Source: Octopus bimaculoides
Taxonomy: Eukaryota
DNA: 64,000 bases
Reading direction: 5' to 3'
NCBI RefSeq assembly: GCF_001194135.2
Contig: NC_068985.1
Location: forward strand, 6,574,736 to 6,638,735
Position numbers and translations under genes: made by a program. Of the stretch, positions 25,118-37,745 are shown in pieces. Below the pieces are notes generated by a model. That model was not told where the DNA came from and did not search any database. It saw only the letters and a list, made by a program, of their open reading frames with translations. Numbering within the stretch: the first letter of the stretch is position 1; every line of letters starts with the position of its first letter.

Positions 25118-25980
25118 TAATCGGTTGTGCCTACTATTTAACCATAGTCGTAGAAGGGGAACAGTGATCAGTTACTTGCGCCAGTAATGTAGTTTGGCTG
25201 GCAGGCACTATGGAATCTGTTGGAATGTCAGAACCTGCGAAATTACGTGGTGCTTTTACATCATTCACGTTTCCGTTTATAATGTTGGAAAGCGGGTTCA
25301 TTTCAGATCTTTTTTTAATTTAATTACATTGACTAACTTTCTCCTGATATTCCTTCGATAAATGTTGTTTGTTGGCGTAAATGTTTCACACTAAAATGAT
25401 TTAGATCTAGAGCAGGTCGTGTCAATTTGATTTCAAACAACACATATACCTAATAGCGGGGTTTGGTTTCGCTCTTTTATAACAGTTAAATAATTCAGTA
25501 TTCAATTCATAACGCCCAGAAAGATAAGTTTTGAAGTTACAGCTTCTTCTATGACTACAACTAGAAAGAATCAATTTACCTGTTGAGACGTCATTTTCAT
25601 TCTCTTCTTCTCAGGTGTTATTGATGTTGTGTCCTGCAGTGTTGCTTTTAGTACCTCTCTGCAAGTTTCTGTGGAAGATCGCTACGATCTTGTATGAAAA
25701 GTCTCCTTCTGCCAATTCATCAGAAGATTAACCAGTTACTTAATTAGTCAGATAGTTTTGGGTGTGTGTATGCATGTATGAATGTATGTATTATGCATGC
25801 ATGCATGTACGTATTTATGTATGTATCTATCATCTATTTATCTTTGCCTCTGTCTCTTTCTCTCTCTCTCTTTATATATACATGTGTGTGTGTGTATGTG
25901 TCTCTGTGTGTATATGAAAATATACAGTTACTTATATATTTATATGCATATATATATATATATGTACCTAATATGTATGA

Positions 25981-26025
<45 letters not shown>

Positions 26026-26314
26026 CCCACAGATATATAATAACGAAAGAGGCTATAAGAAGTATAAAGACAAAAAGAAAACAAATTCAGTTGTGTTAAT
26101 TGTGATTGACGGTGCAGGATAGCACGAACGTTGCTACACTGAAGAGATAAAAAAAGCCCTCAGCCACAGCAAACAGAGTTCTGTATACTGGCAGGGGAGA
26201 TAACCCCTGTGGGGTAGTTATCTCGACTGTTAGCGTATGGAACTGTGCATCCTTGCAGCTAAGGGTATTTTAAACCTTTATTTCTAGCAACGTAGTGACA
26301 TTTAAAGACATTTC

Positions 26315-26323
26315 TATCTATCC

Positions 26324-26404
<81 letters not shown>
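26315..26404. repeat. (TATC)n microsatellite running into gap
   Basis: Directly visible. Confidence 0.95.
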
Positions 26405-26769
26405 NNNNNNNNNNNNNNNNNNNNNNNNNNNNNNNNNNNNNNNNNNNNNNNNNNNNNNNNNNNNNNNNNNNNNNNNNNNNNNNNNNNNNNNNNNNNNNNN
26501 NNNNNNNNNNNNNNNNNNNNNNNNNNNNNNNNNNNNNNNNNNNNNNNNNNNNNNNNNNNNNNNNNNNNNNNNNNNNNNNNNNNNNNNNNNNNNNNNNNNN
26601 NNNNNNNNNNNNNNNNNNNNNNNNNNNNNNNNNNNNNNNNNNNNNNNNNNNNNNNNNNNNNNNNNNNNNNNNNNNNNNNNNNNATATATATATATATATA
26701 TATATACATATGCATATATACACATATACAAGTACATGCTTACATAAATATGTATATATGCATGCATAT

Positions 26770-26940
26770 ATGGGTACAAAACGTAAAACAAACGTGAACA
26801 AAATGAGAAACGAGGAAAAAATACAAAACCTTGGAAAACGAACTTTTTTTTCGAACAACGAAAGAAACAAAAAGAGAAATGAAACAGGCAACATAAAGAA
26901 TATTCCCTTCATCAGTTATCCCCTGGTTTATCTACTCCTA
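26770..26940. repeat. Dispersed repeat family E
   Basis: ATGGGTACAAAACG start after CATA/TA repeat; homologous to 22626-22920. Confidence 0.6.
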
Positions 26941-28144
26941 GACCAGTGGTGTGTAGCGATGACAAAGTTTGTGTTCCCAGCAATGTGAGAGCATTTGAGT
27001 CCGCAGTCTAAAGCTGGGACCACACAGGAGCTAGCAGATGTTACAACAATAGTTCGTTGACTGGATTGAGATAGATGCTGAACAGCGACCCCTGTCTCTT
27101 ACAGCAACGAGACGCTTTCGCAGAACTTCTTCGGAGGCAGCTGCTGCTCATGGGATTAGAGACCTCTACACTCCAATCTGGCCAGACCCAAGAAAAAACT
27201 AAGCTAAGAGCATTAGATTCCTTGGAAGAAAGCAGCGAATGTATACGAAAACCAGGACGGAAAAGCCGGAGAATGTTACAGAAATACAAACAACAGGACA
27301 TAACAACAGTTGTCTTTTGACTAAGGACGAATTGAATTAAGCAGGCGTGTGTGGAAGTAAAGCCTTACGGCAGGGATATAAGATTTCACAGGCACAGAAA
27401 GGAATATAGATGTTGTACGGACGGCGGCCGAACCAAGGAAGAAAGGTCAGGCTTGGCCGAACACCGATCGCAAATAGAAAGAAAGAAAAATAATAGAAAT
27501 AATAGAGTCGTACAAGATTTAGATGAATATATACTTACATATAAGTGACCAAAGTGTGCGTACGCCGCTATATGTTTTTATATATATAAAAATCCCAAAT
27601 GGGACAAGAAACCAAAACACCCAGATAGACTATACAAAGAAAACAAGGTTACAAAGAAGACAAGGTTACAAAGAAAACAATTTATATATATATATATATA
27701 TATACATATATAAATAGACAAAGAGAGAGAGACTGAGAAATGGGAGCGGGTAGAGATAGATGAGAAGTAGAATATCTACGAACTGTAATATCTCTAATAG
27801 TGTCCAAGTTTGAAACGCAGTTCAGTCTGCTTACATGCGTACCATTTATTGTACAATATCGATATCAATATTAATATCAATATATATATACACCAGACGT
27901 GCTATCAAAACTCTTGATTGCACCGTATCAGGTGGAGGAGAAGAGCCATGCAAGGAACGTGAAGAGAGCACAGCATAAAGACGGAGAATCACGGTGGTGC
28001 TCCAGCATGACCGCAGCCACTTGGCTGAAACCCATAAATAAATAAATAAATATATATATATAAGCAATGTTAATTCTCTAAATGAAGTATTAACAGTAAC
28101 TGCACGATAAAGTGTAGTATATTGCCACTTAAGTGTGGCTGACC

Positions 28145-28298
28145 CCTAGGGGTGGATATTACTGTTGCTTTTAGACCCAGGAGGACATCTCCTCCAGCTG
28201 GCTTATCGACACACGACTGTGTCCTGTTTGCCAAGGGTAGTTATCCCTCTCACCAACATCTGCAGCACGAACGGATCCGGATTTCAGGGTTATTTCCC
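28145..28298 (-). mobile_element. Penelope-like terminal-repeat family F with 3' half of a hammerhead motif, truncated by gap
   Basis: Shares CAGGAG(G)ACATC..CCAGCTGGCT..CGACAC..TGTGTCCT with 37408-37455; minus strand reads GGG-AAATAA-CCC-T-GAAA-TCCGGA-TC. Confidence 0.55.
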
Positions 28299-28686
28299 NN
28301 NNNNNNNNNNNNNNNNNNNNNNNNNNNNNNNNNNNNNNNNNNNNNNNNNNNNNNNNNNNNNNNNNNNNNNNNNNNNNNNNNNNNNNNNNNNNNNNNNNNN
28401 NNNNNNNNNNNNNNNNNNNNNNNNNNNNNNNNNNNNNNNNNNNNNNNNNNNNNNNNNNNNNNNNNNNNNNNNNNNNNNNNNNNNNNNNNNNNNNNNNNNN
28501 NNNNNNNNNNNNNNNNNNNNNNNNNNNNNNNNNNNNNNNNNNNNNNNNNNNNNNNNNNNNNNNNNNNNNNNNNNNNNNNNNNNNNNNNNNNNNNNNNNNN
28601 NNNNNNNNNNNNNNNNNNNNNNNNNNNNNNNNNNNNNNNNNNNNNNNNNNNNNNNNNNNNNNNNNNNNNNNNNNNNNNNNNNNNNN

Positions 28687-28735
<49 letters not shown>

Positions 28736-29924
28736 TATATGTATGTATGTATGTTATATGTAAATATAAATATGTGTATGCATGTGCATGTACATATGTG
28801 CGCGCGCATTTGTGTATGTGTGTGAGTGCATATGTGTGTGTGTGTGTCTGTGTGTGTGTGTGTGTTTGTGTGTGTGCTTGTCTGTGCTTGTGGCTGAATA
28901 ATCTTGTGAACATATTCACTCCCGGTAACATGATTGTAAATAAAACCATCAATATATTCAAATATTAATTCAAAATATTTACTCTACTCTGGAAAAATAT
29001 TGAATAATAGAATTCATTTTAGTAAATCACTTCCTTCTCAAATACAGATTCTGGTACTTTCCAGCAATAGTATCTCTATATTTCAACAAACATTTATTTT
29101 ATTCATATTCACATTTCCACAGATAAAATGGTGATTTTTACTCCCTAGATGATTCATATATCCAAGAATCAGCTAATGTATGCAGTTTTCTTATAGGAAT
29201 TATATCACCAACGCATTTATCTTAAGAGAAAATAAGTCGGCTGCGAAATGAAAACTACAGCGTTTTCTCTATCGAAAATAGCAATTGAATTATATAACCG
29301 GAGAAAAAATATTTCTAAACAAATAACAGGGAGAGTTACTTGAGGCATTCTACGACCGCCATCACTTTATCGGCTCCAAGAGCTATCCTTTTACATGGTT
29401 TTACATATTGTTCAATTGTTTCCTAAATGCCGTGCATCATATGCATTTGGAGGGTATCATAGTTTACAAGTAATAACATATAGAAATCATTTTAAAGAAG
29501 AAATATGAATACAAACGTTTCAAAGATGAAGTTATTTACTCGGTAAACAAGTTAGTATCGCTAGAGTAAGTTTCTAACAGTATTCAATAGTCTTCGACAT
29601 TCTTCGAATAGATATCCTGTTAGAAAGTAACTTGCTGCATTTAGGGTTATGCTGTCACTAAAATATATACACTCAGCAGAAATGTATACAACTTCGATCT
29701 GTAAGTTAAGTCATGTATAAAGATAATAATATAATTTAAGACATACATTTTGAGCACATTGCATAAGAATTGATTTATTAGTCCATAATATATCGTGTTT
29801 GATTGGCGGATAAATATAAGAAAATTACATAGGTATATTGACGTCATAATATTATTTTATCGCCCCCAAGTTAGTTATAACTGATTAATGAAGAGAAACG
29901 GATACCAATATTAATTAGCTACAT

Positions 29925-30110
29925 AACTCGGTGAACCGGCAGAACCGAAAGCATGCCAAGAATATGCTTAGCGGCATTTCGTCCGTCTTTACGTTCTGAG
30001 TTCAAATTCCGCCTTAGTCGATAAAAGAATTACCGGTTGAGCCCTGGGGTTGACGTAATCCATTTTCTCCCTCCTCCAGAATTGCTGGCTTTGTGCCAAA
30101 ATTTGAAATC
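29925..30110 (+). mobile_element. SINE family A, tail type C, with deletion
   Basis: TTACGTTCTGAGTTCAAATTCCGCC head; tail GAATTGCTGGCTTTGTGCCAAAATTTGAAATC. Confidence 0.75.
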
Positions 30111-31121
30111 TTTATTAATTAGTTAAATTCAGAATTGACGTTCAGTTATATATGAATATGTACCACTGATACTGTTGTATTAGAAACTGCCTAGATTAGG
30201 CCCATCGATGTACACAGAAAAAAAATCAAAACACACGAATTTAGTTACAAGTTTCTTCCTCCGGAATTTATTATCGATATCTTTATCAATACTCTTTGCG
30301 AAAGGATATGAGAGCTACAACTACATAGGTACCGCAAGCAGGACGCATTTTAACTTTCATTCGGTAGTAATTTCAAAGACCTTATTTGGTTAACAGCCTC
30401 AAAATAATCACAACAACCATAGCTTTCCAATTTACATTCTACCAATATTTTTAATTTTCTTATTTGTAGTGTTTGTGTTAGGAGATAAATCAAACAACGT
30501 GTGATAATTTCATAATTTTAACACCGATAAATTTATAGCAATTGAATAATTTTATTCCACTACCTATTATACGATATCATAACGTATTTGAATTCCACTA
30601 CCTTTTATAACATTAATGGTTTAGCATTTCTATAATATACAACTCTATTATTTCGATTGTAAATATCACAAGTAATAAAATATTCTCCTACGCCTTCAGT
30701 GTAATATCTCTTTCATAAATGTGTCGAATACAGTTAATAATTCAAAGGATAAATTAATTATATTGAATTAAGAGAATGCGTAATTCTGTCACGTACACAC
30801 AGGAAGTATATATATGTGTGGGCATGTGTGTGTGTATGTGTGTGCGTAAAGAGAGAGTCAAAATGAGAGAGAATATTGTTATTTGTTCAAACTCTACTTA
30901 AAGTTATCTTCAGTGTAAAAAGACAGTTTTTGTCTGTTGATACGAGGCACTGGAGAATGAAAGATCTGGTTGGTTCTCCGAAGATCAGTGATGCTTTTTA
31001 CAGAAGAATCTCTGTAGTCTTCACTGGCCGGAACTCTCTTTCCATCGAAAGACTGAATGCACGGGACATATTTTACTTATTCAAAGATGTTCTGTTGGTT
31101 TTCCATTTTATTGTAACAATA

Positions 31122-31124
<3 letters not shown>

Positions 31125-31195
<71 letters not shown>

Positions 31196-31266
31196 TGCTG
31201 CTACTGTTGCTGCTGCTGCTGCTACTGGTGCTCCTTCTGCTGCTGCTTCTGCTGCTGCTGCTGCTA
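31125..31266. repeat. Compound (ACT)n-(GCT)n trinucleotide repeat
   Basis: Directly visible; source of the poly-T/poly-A ORF 30876-31274. Confidence 0.9.
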
Positions 31267-31297
31267 CCGAGTAATGCAATAACAATTATAATCCTTT

Positions 31298-31506
31298 CTA
31301 CTATAGCCACATGCCGTGAAATTTGATGGGAGGAGTTCAACGATTACAGTGACCCCAGTACGCAGCTGGTACTTAATATATCGACACCGAAAGGATGAAA
31401 AACAACGTCGACCACAGCGGAATTTTGATCTCAGAACGTAAAGACAGACGAAATACCGCTAAGCATTTCGCCCAGTGTGCAAATGACTCTGCCAGCACGC
31501 CACCTG
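31298..31506 (-). mobile_element. SINE family A, A-like tail
   Basis: CAGAACGTAAAGACAGACGAAATACCGCTAAGCATTTCGCCC is the reverse of the family A head. Confidence 0.82.
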
Positions 31507-31544
31507 GATAACCATGATAATAATAATAATAATAATGATAATAG

Positions 31545-32625
31545 AGAGCAAAAAATTCGCTACTGATCTCTTAGATACCTGCCAGATTGATCAGGCTGAA
31601 GGAAATGCGCCAACTGCTGCTGCAAAGAAAATAAAAGTAATTGCAGAGATAAAAGCACATGAAAAATTATCTAGCAGATGAGAACAGAAACCTCTGCATG
31701 GTAAGTATGTGGCCCGTAACAAACAAGCTGATGTCGACCAGAAACACACGCATCAATGATTACGAAGCTCAGGACTAAAAGCACAGAGTAAAGGTTTCAT
31801 ATTAGCTGCTCAAGACCAAAGCTTATTAACCCGGAACTACCAAACCAACGTGATAGAAAAAGGAGCTGATCCACAATGCCGATTCTGTAACGATGAGATT
31901 GAAAGTATAGACCACCTAATCTCAGGGTGTAGAGTCTTAGCACCTGTAGAATGTAAAGCAAGACATGACAGAGTCGGCCAGTATTTACACTGGACAATAT
32001 GCCGCCATTATAAAATCAAAACCGCTGACAAATGGTATAAACACCGTCCTGAAGCTATGACTGAGGGAGAAAATGTGTCGATTCTCCGGGACTTCCCGGT
32101 ACAAACAGACACAATTATAAAAGCTAATAAACCGGATATTATTATAAAAGAATAAACAAAGAAGACGTGTTTATTAATTGACATGAGTATTCCCGTTATC
32201 ATAATATAGCGGCGAAAGAATTTGACAAGATCAGTAAATAAAAAGACTTGCTAATAGAAATTGAAAAAATGTGACACCTCAAGGCGACTACCGTACCAGT
32301 GATTGTAGGATCTCTATGAATGATAAAAAAGAGGTACTGAAACCTATTTGAAAATGATACCAGGCTTACCATCCCTACAGGAAGTGCAAAAAATCGTGTT
32401 AACCGGAACGACTTATGTACTGAGAAGAGCATTATCGCTATTAAAACAGCATTTATTAATGAATTTATTTATTGATAATTTTTTTACATACATATTTTAC
32501 CTGTGAATGTGTGTGTGTGAACTGGCAATGCATACCATGAGCTTCTCTGCTATAGGTGCACGAAAAAACACTGGGCGAGAAATGGAGGAAATTTGAAGAA
32601 AGAAGAAAAACAAATAAGATAATAT
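31545..32625 (+). mobile_element. 5'-truncated R4/Dong-like element (CCHC zinc knuckle plus RLE) inserted in (TAA)n
   Basis: CRFCNDEIESIDHLISGC (C-X2-C-X8-H-X4-C), RHDRV, ANKPDIIIK, TTVPVIVGSL; (TAA)n at 31519-31542 and 32625-32644. Confidence 0.88.
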
Positions 32626-33577
32626 TAATAATAATAATAATAATGCCACTACTACACATTATTCTGTTTTAACACCCTGATGAAGGTGGCCCCTCGTTGA
32701 AATTGTCCTTGCACTTGACCAGTCTTTTTTTTGCCGACCTTGTAATGGTGAATGTCAAATAGAACATCGTTGTTCAATGAAATGAGGACGTAAAAAAAAA
32801 ATGGATAAAACAACGCTAACCATTTTTCCTTTGATGCACGGGCGACTGTGCCAGGTGCCTGCTTATACGTATATTTAGAACTGTGTATATGAATTGGTAA
32901 TGGAAGAAACAGATCAAGAGCCCACACGAAGATGGAAAGTGTCGCTGAGGAGGTCACACTGGTGTGACGAAAGATTTCCGGACAATGGACATGACAGCAG
33001 TAATAAACGAGTGAATACGAATATATAGTGCGTGTGCTTATTTGACAAGCAAGCAAACAAATGAACATCCCGAAATACAACAATATCTGCTTCAACACAC
33101 GGCTTCACATCAGGAATCTTGCGACACAAACTCACAAACGTATATTTTTTGGCTGATACCGAAATTATTGTTTTAGTGTTAGCTGCGGTTGATATGGCTT
33201 CGAGTACTTGGTTTAGGATTGGCATATCTGCTTTCCCTTTAGTATTTAGATTGAATTATTTTAATAATTGAAAGATAGTTGGTGTTACATTGCGATTATA
33301 TTTCTCACCTAATGCAGAAATTTATTTCTAGATGGTGAAAATGAACGATGGTGAAAATGAACGATGTTCCTTATAATTAATAATCCATATCCTTTCTTAT
33401 GTGCTGACAGTATTACCTTGTACAAAGTTAAGCAATATTTCTAGCACTAACTTCAGAATGAATTTTACGTAGACATATTCCGGAAACAGAAGTAGTTGAC
33501 TAAATAAAGATACAGACAAGTACAGAAACGACACAAAGCATTCTCTCAAATACATACACATTCTTTTATTCTTCTAT

Positions 33578-33807
33578 TCTTTTATTTTTTTACCTGTTTC
33601 AGTCATTCGACAGCGGCCATGCTGGAGCACCGCCTTTAGTCGAACAAATCGATCCTAAAACTTATTATTTGTAAGCCTAGCACTTATTCTATCGTTTCTC
33701 TTTTGCCGAACCGCTAAGTCGCGGGAGCGTAAACACACCAGCATCGGTTGTCAAGCGATGGTGGGGGACAAACACAGAAATACAAACACACACACACACG
33801 CACGTTT

Positions 33808-33847
<40 letters not shown>

Positions 33848-34040
33848 CTATACACACACACATATATTCTCTTATCTTATTGGTTTCAGTTATCAGACTG
33901 CGGTCATACTGGAGCACCGCCTTTATTCGAACACATAGACCTCAAGATTTATTCTTTGTAAGCCTAGTACTTATTCTATCGAGGTATTTTGCCGAACCGC
34001 TAAGTTATGGGGACGTAAGCACACCAACAGCGAATGTGTG
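33578..34040 (-). mobile_element. Two SINE family B 3' modules in tandem, separated by (CA)n
   Basis: GGCCATGCTGGAGCACCGCCTTTA...GCCGAACCGCTAAGT occurs at about 33615-33720 and again at 33900-34010. Confidence 0.82.
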
Positions 34041-36219
34041 GTTACAAACACATATACACAAACTTATACATACATACAAACATACATTCATACACACAAT
34101 ATGTACCTATATTCTCTCATGATAAAATGTGGCTCCATGCAGGAGTTCAGATTGTCTTTGTGTTTCAGTGCAAATATGAGGGGAGGTTATTTTGCTCCAT
34201 TCCGTTTAATTCTTTAATGAAACTGCGGAAAAGTGAGATTTTATAGGATTTGTTTTTATATTCGTCCGTAGACAGAAAAAGCTGCGAAGACCTAACACTG
34301 CTTTCGTTTCGTATGGGATTCTTCTCGGAAGCCACATTTCATTCAAAAGAAATACGCATCAATAGCTCCATAATACGTTATATATGAGCGTGCCTGAGAT
34401 TCAAGTGTGCTTAACATGAATTACATAGCAAGAGTGCTTCACATTAATTCCTATGTACTAAAGATAATTTCTGAATTAAACCCGATCAAGACGTGAAACT
34501 CATCCTCATACATTTCAGAAGTGAACACCCGAGTGTTCTTTCGAAAACTTATTCCCGATGGCGATTTTGCTCTCTAATTTCGTTATAAAATAAAAGAAAT
34601 GAAACACATAGCTTTCATATATCGCTAAACTTTTGATTGAGTAATAAATCAATTTTTCAATCTATATACATTCTCAGACTTACTATATATATAACAATTA
34701 CCTTAATAGCATTCTAATGTCCCTTCCTTGTAATCAAATTAGTTCATCATTGGCGTATTTATCAGTGTAAACATTCACGTGACTGTTTTCTTGAATTTGT
34801 TAAACAAAGTACTTATTTCCTGTCCCCTGTTCCTAGGACTGTAACGGAATTCTCTATTCAATTAAATTTGAAAACAGCCACCGACATTTTTCTTAACTAC
34901 TGTTAATTCTTATTAAGAAAATGTTATTGCAATATCCATTGTCGATTCTACGAATTCTATTTAACTTAATGTTCATCTCTGTATACGAATAACATAGCGT
35001 AAAGCCTATACAGACTTTCCTATATATTGCAAATCTGAATTGAATATTTATTGTCGATTGAATTGTAGTTTGGAGAAGATTAATAATATGTATGTTATCG
35101 ATTCTCTGAAAAAGAACGGAAAAGTACAACTGGTAGTATTTTAACTCAACATATAAATGATAATAGTCAAATACTGCAAGTAATTTAGTATGACGCTCTA
35201 CCATGTTTGTTGTACCTCGCACTATTGTGAATATATTCCGTTAGTATATTATAGTATATTATATTGACGATTAAGTAAACATGATACAGTTTATACAATA
35301 CGAACTTATGGTATACCGACACAGTGTCAAGTGTATTATCGATCCTGATATCCACAAACCCTGCTAAACTATTCTGTTGTTACATGAGTAAAGTAAAGCG
35401 TTTAATACACCAATATGATTTTTACTAGTTTTATTCGAAAGCATTATCAGTAGTTCCGAACGCTTAGTGTATGTATTGTACAATTTACAACAATTTTGAA
35501 CAAGTTACATGTTTGGTTTCCATCACAAATTCGCATATGAACCAGCCTGACATCTATGTGACGTTATGCACAAAAGGGAAATATTTGACACCCTAACACC
35601 AAAATGGGAATATAGCGCTTTCTGTGTGGCGAAGTATTCACGAAAGGTTACAATTTATTATTAGAATAGATCATACGTTGCTGGTGTCATGCTATCTGAA
35701 CAGTTCACAAATATTTTTATAATTGATTGAAGTATAATTCTGCAAATTGTAGAAGATGAGGCCCGTGAGTTGCTAATTATTGGCTATACATGCGATCGTT
35801 AAAATTACAATTATCTAGACAAATTTGAAAGATTATTAATGTGACAATTCAGACAGAATGGTACGTTGATAGTAACAAATTGAAAATAATTGCCTCTCAT
35901 ATTACGGTTTACTTAACTGCAAAAGCATATAAGAAAATGACAGAGGAATTCTTATGGAAATTTAAAGAAGAATTGTTTATGAAAGAATAACATTGACGAA
36001 ATTAGGATTAAATCTCTTTCATTTGCATTTATATCTGAACTCCCCAGTCATTAGATTTTGGGATTTAACATAAATTGTATTAAAGTCGTTTATTATCGTA
36101 TATTAATGCTGCATAATTTGCTTGACTTCGGTAATTGTAACAATTTGTTTTTTAAGTAATGCGACGGTTATAATTTATTCCAATAAATGAGATTCTCAAG
36201 AGTAGCTAATTCGCTTTAC

Positions 36220-36290
36220 AGTAGAAATCTACGACTGTTATATTGAACTGATTCTTCTTTCCATATGATAATTGCATCGAAGCCGGTGAC
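36220..36290 (-). CDS. Candidate 71-nt exon of an unidentified host gene
   Basis: Branch point CTAAC plus TGTTCTGCAG|G acceptor; donor CT|GTAAAG; two open frames. Confidence 0.25.
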
Positions 36291-37345
36291 CTGCAGAACA
36301 GTTAGCACATACACACACAAATATATACACTTATATATATATAAAATATACACACATATGTATATATGATCTATAAATTCGTAAACGTAAATATTCGTTT
36401 CCATTTTACGTAAACTATAATATAATCTTACTTAAATTACGCGTCGTCCGAAGCACAAAACAGTAGATTGAGCTCTCCACCAGAGAAATAGATTAATTGA
36501 CAAATATCTACAAAGTTTATGCTATTGAATGTGGATAGTGAATGATGCTTTTTCTCTGGAGAACAGTCAACAAATTGCGAAACGGTCCGTCAGGAAAATC
36601 GCGGATTCTTTTTCTCACTTATGGAAATACTAGAAGCAAACAGTTCGATAATATCCAAGCAACAATTCTTCTGGTGCATATTCTCAACTAAGGCTATCGA
36701 ATTCTTGAAGACGTATAAGCATTTGAGCGTGAGTATCATACTCGTGTTATTCGCCGTGGAACGAAAAAAAAAATCTTATAAAGTTATTGTCTTGATGAGA
36801 AATTTATGAATCAATTCATAGCCTTGGAAAACGCTTGATATTCTCTTGCATAGAAACTCGAGTTTCGCGGTATATCTTCCCAGCTCGGTCAATCTTGAGT
36901 TCGATATCGTCTGATGGATCGTTTAATCCATCCAGATAAATGAAATGAAAATTCCCTGTGCATAGTATATACATTTATCTTAATTTTCGATAATGACTTA
37001 TATGAATTTACTCATTTCCCATTACTACTTTGATGACAAATAATGTGACAATACAGTATTTTGCAGCAGAACAGTGCAAAATACCTTTAATGTTTGCACA
37101 GGATCTAATTTTGTTATATTTTACAAGAAGAACGAGACGGAGTTTTTGTCGTATCAGCGAATCGTTAAGCAGCCATTGTACCCACGTGATTTTTATATTT
37201 ACTGAGCTCTAGTGTTATGCAGTTCTTTGGGATTTCAAGACTGCTAAATGTGATGCAAATGTTCAAGAACAGTTCAATGTTAAATGCTTAGAATTAAATC
37301 GTTAAATATTTGTTCTTTTGGGAAGTCTCAATAATTGTAGTAAAG

Positions 37346-37745
37346 ATTGTTTGCCAACATAACATGGCAGTCCTGGTTTAGGACGAATGTTGCTGTAATT
37401 TAATCCCAGGAGACATCGTCCCCAGCTGGCTATACGACACGATCTGTGTCCTTATATTTTAGAACAAGGGAATCTAGCACTCCAACTGAGCTCAAAACAA
37501 TATATGTGTATCTCAATTTCCGGGTTGTTTACATTCATCAGCACAGAATAATTGCTCGGAAGGTAACCCGGAAATCGCGATACGCAGATATTGTTTTGAG
37601 CTGAGTGGGGGTGCTAGATTCTCTTGTTCGAAAATATAAAGACGGAAAGCGTGTCCTATAACCAGCTGGAGAGGATGTCTCCTGACGCTAAATTACAGCA
37701 ACATTCATGCTAAACCAGGACTGCGATGTTATGTTGGCAAACAAT
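37346..37745. mobile_element. 400-bp foldback: two 181-bp inverted arms of family F with a 38-nt spacer and a hammerhead motif at the apex
   Basis: Arms 37346-37526 and 37565-37745 are reverse complements with scattered mismatches (e.g. ATTGTTTGCCAACATAACAT / ATGTTATGTTGGCAAACAAT). Confidence 0.85.
37505..37545 (-). ncRNA. Minimal type I hammerhead ribozyme motif (Penelope-type), stems II and III degenerate
   Basis: Minus: TGTG-CTGATGA-ATGTAAACAACCCG-GAAA-TTGAGA-TA-CACA; stem I TGTG/CACA pairs; conserved CUGAUGA, GAAA and UH core. Confidence 0.55.

Noticed and set aside
25604-25683. Plus-strand exon with a strong acceptor (TTCTCTTCTTCTCAG) and GTATGA donor
   Set aside because: The opposite strand reads VLKATLQDTTSITPEKKRMK, which resembles R4-like N-terminal sequence near a same-strand R4 fragment; the pyrimidine tract may be antisense coding sequence. 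Unresolved, so not called.
30876-31274. 132-aa ORF with poly-Thr/poly-Ala
   Set aside because: Driven by a stop-free (ACT)n(GCT)n tract; the opposite strand gives equally long low-complexity ORFs.
32665-32710. Hammerhead at CCCTGATGAAGGTGGCCCCTCGTTGAAA
   Set aside because: Four extra bases lie between stem II and GAAA, and there is no convincing stem I or stem III.
34893-35222. 109-aa minus ORF
   Set aside because: No recognisable motif, a composition expected from AT-rich noncoding DNA, and no clear splice boundaries.
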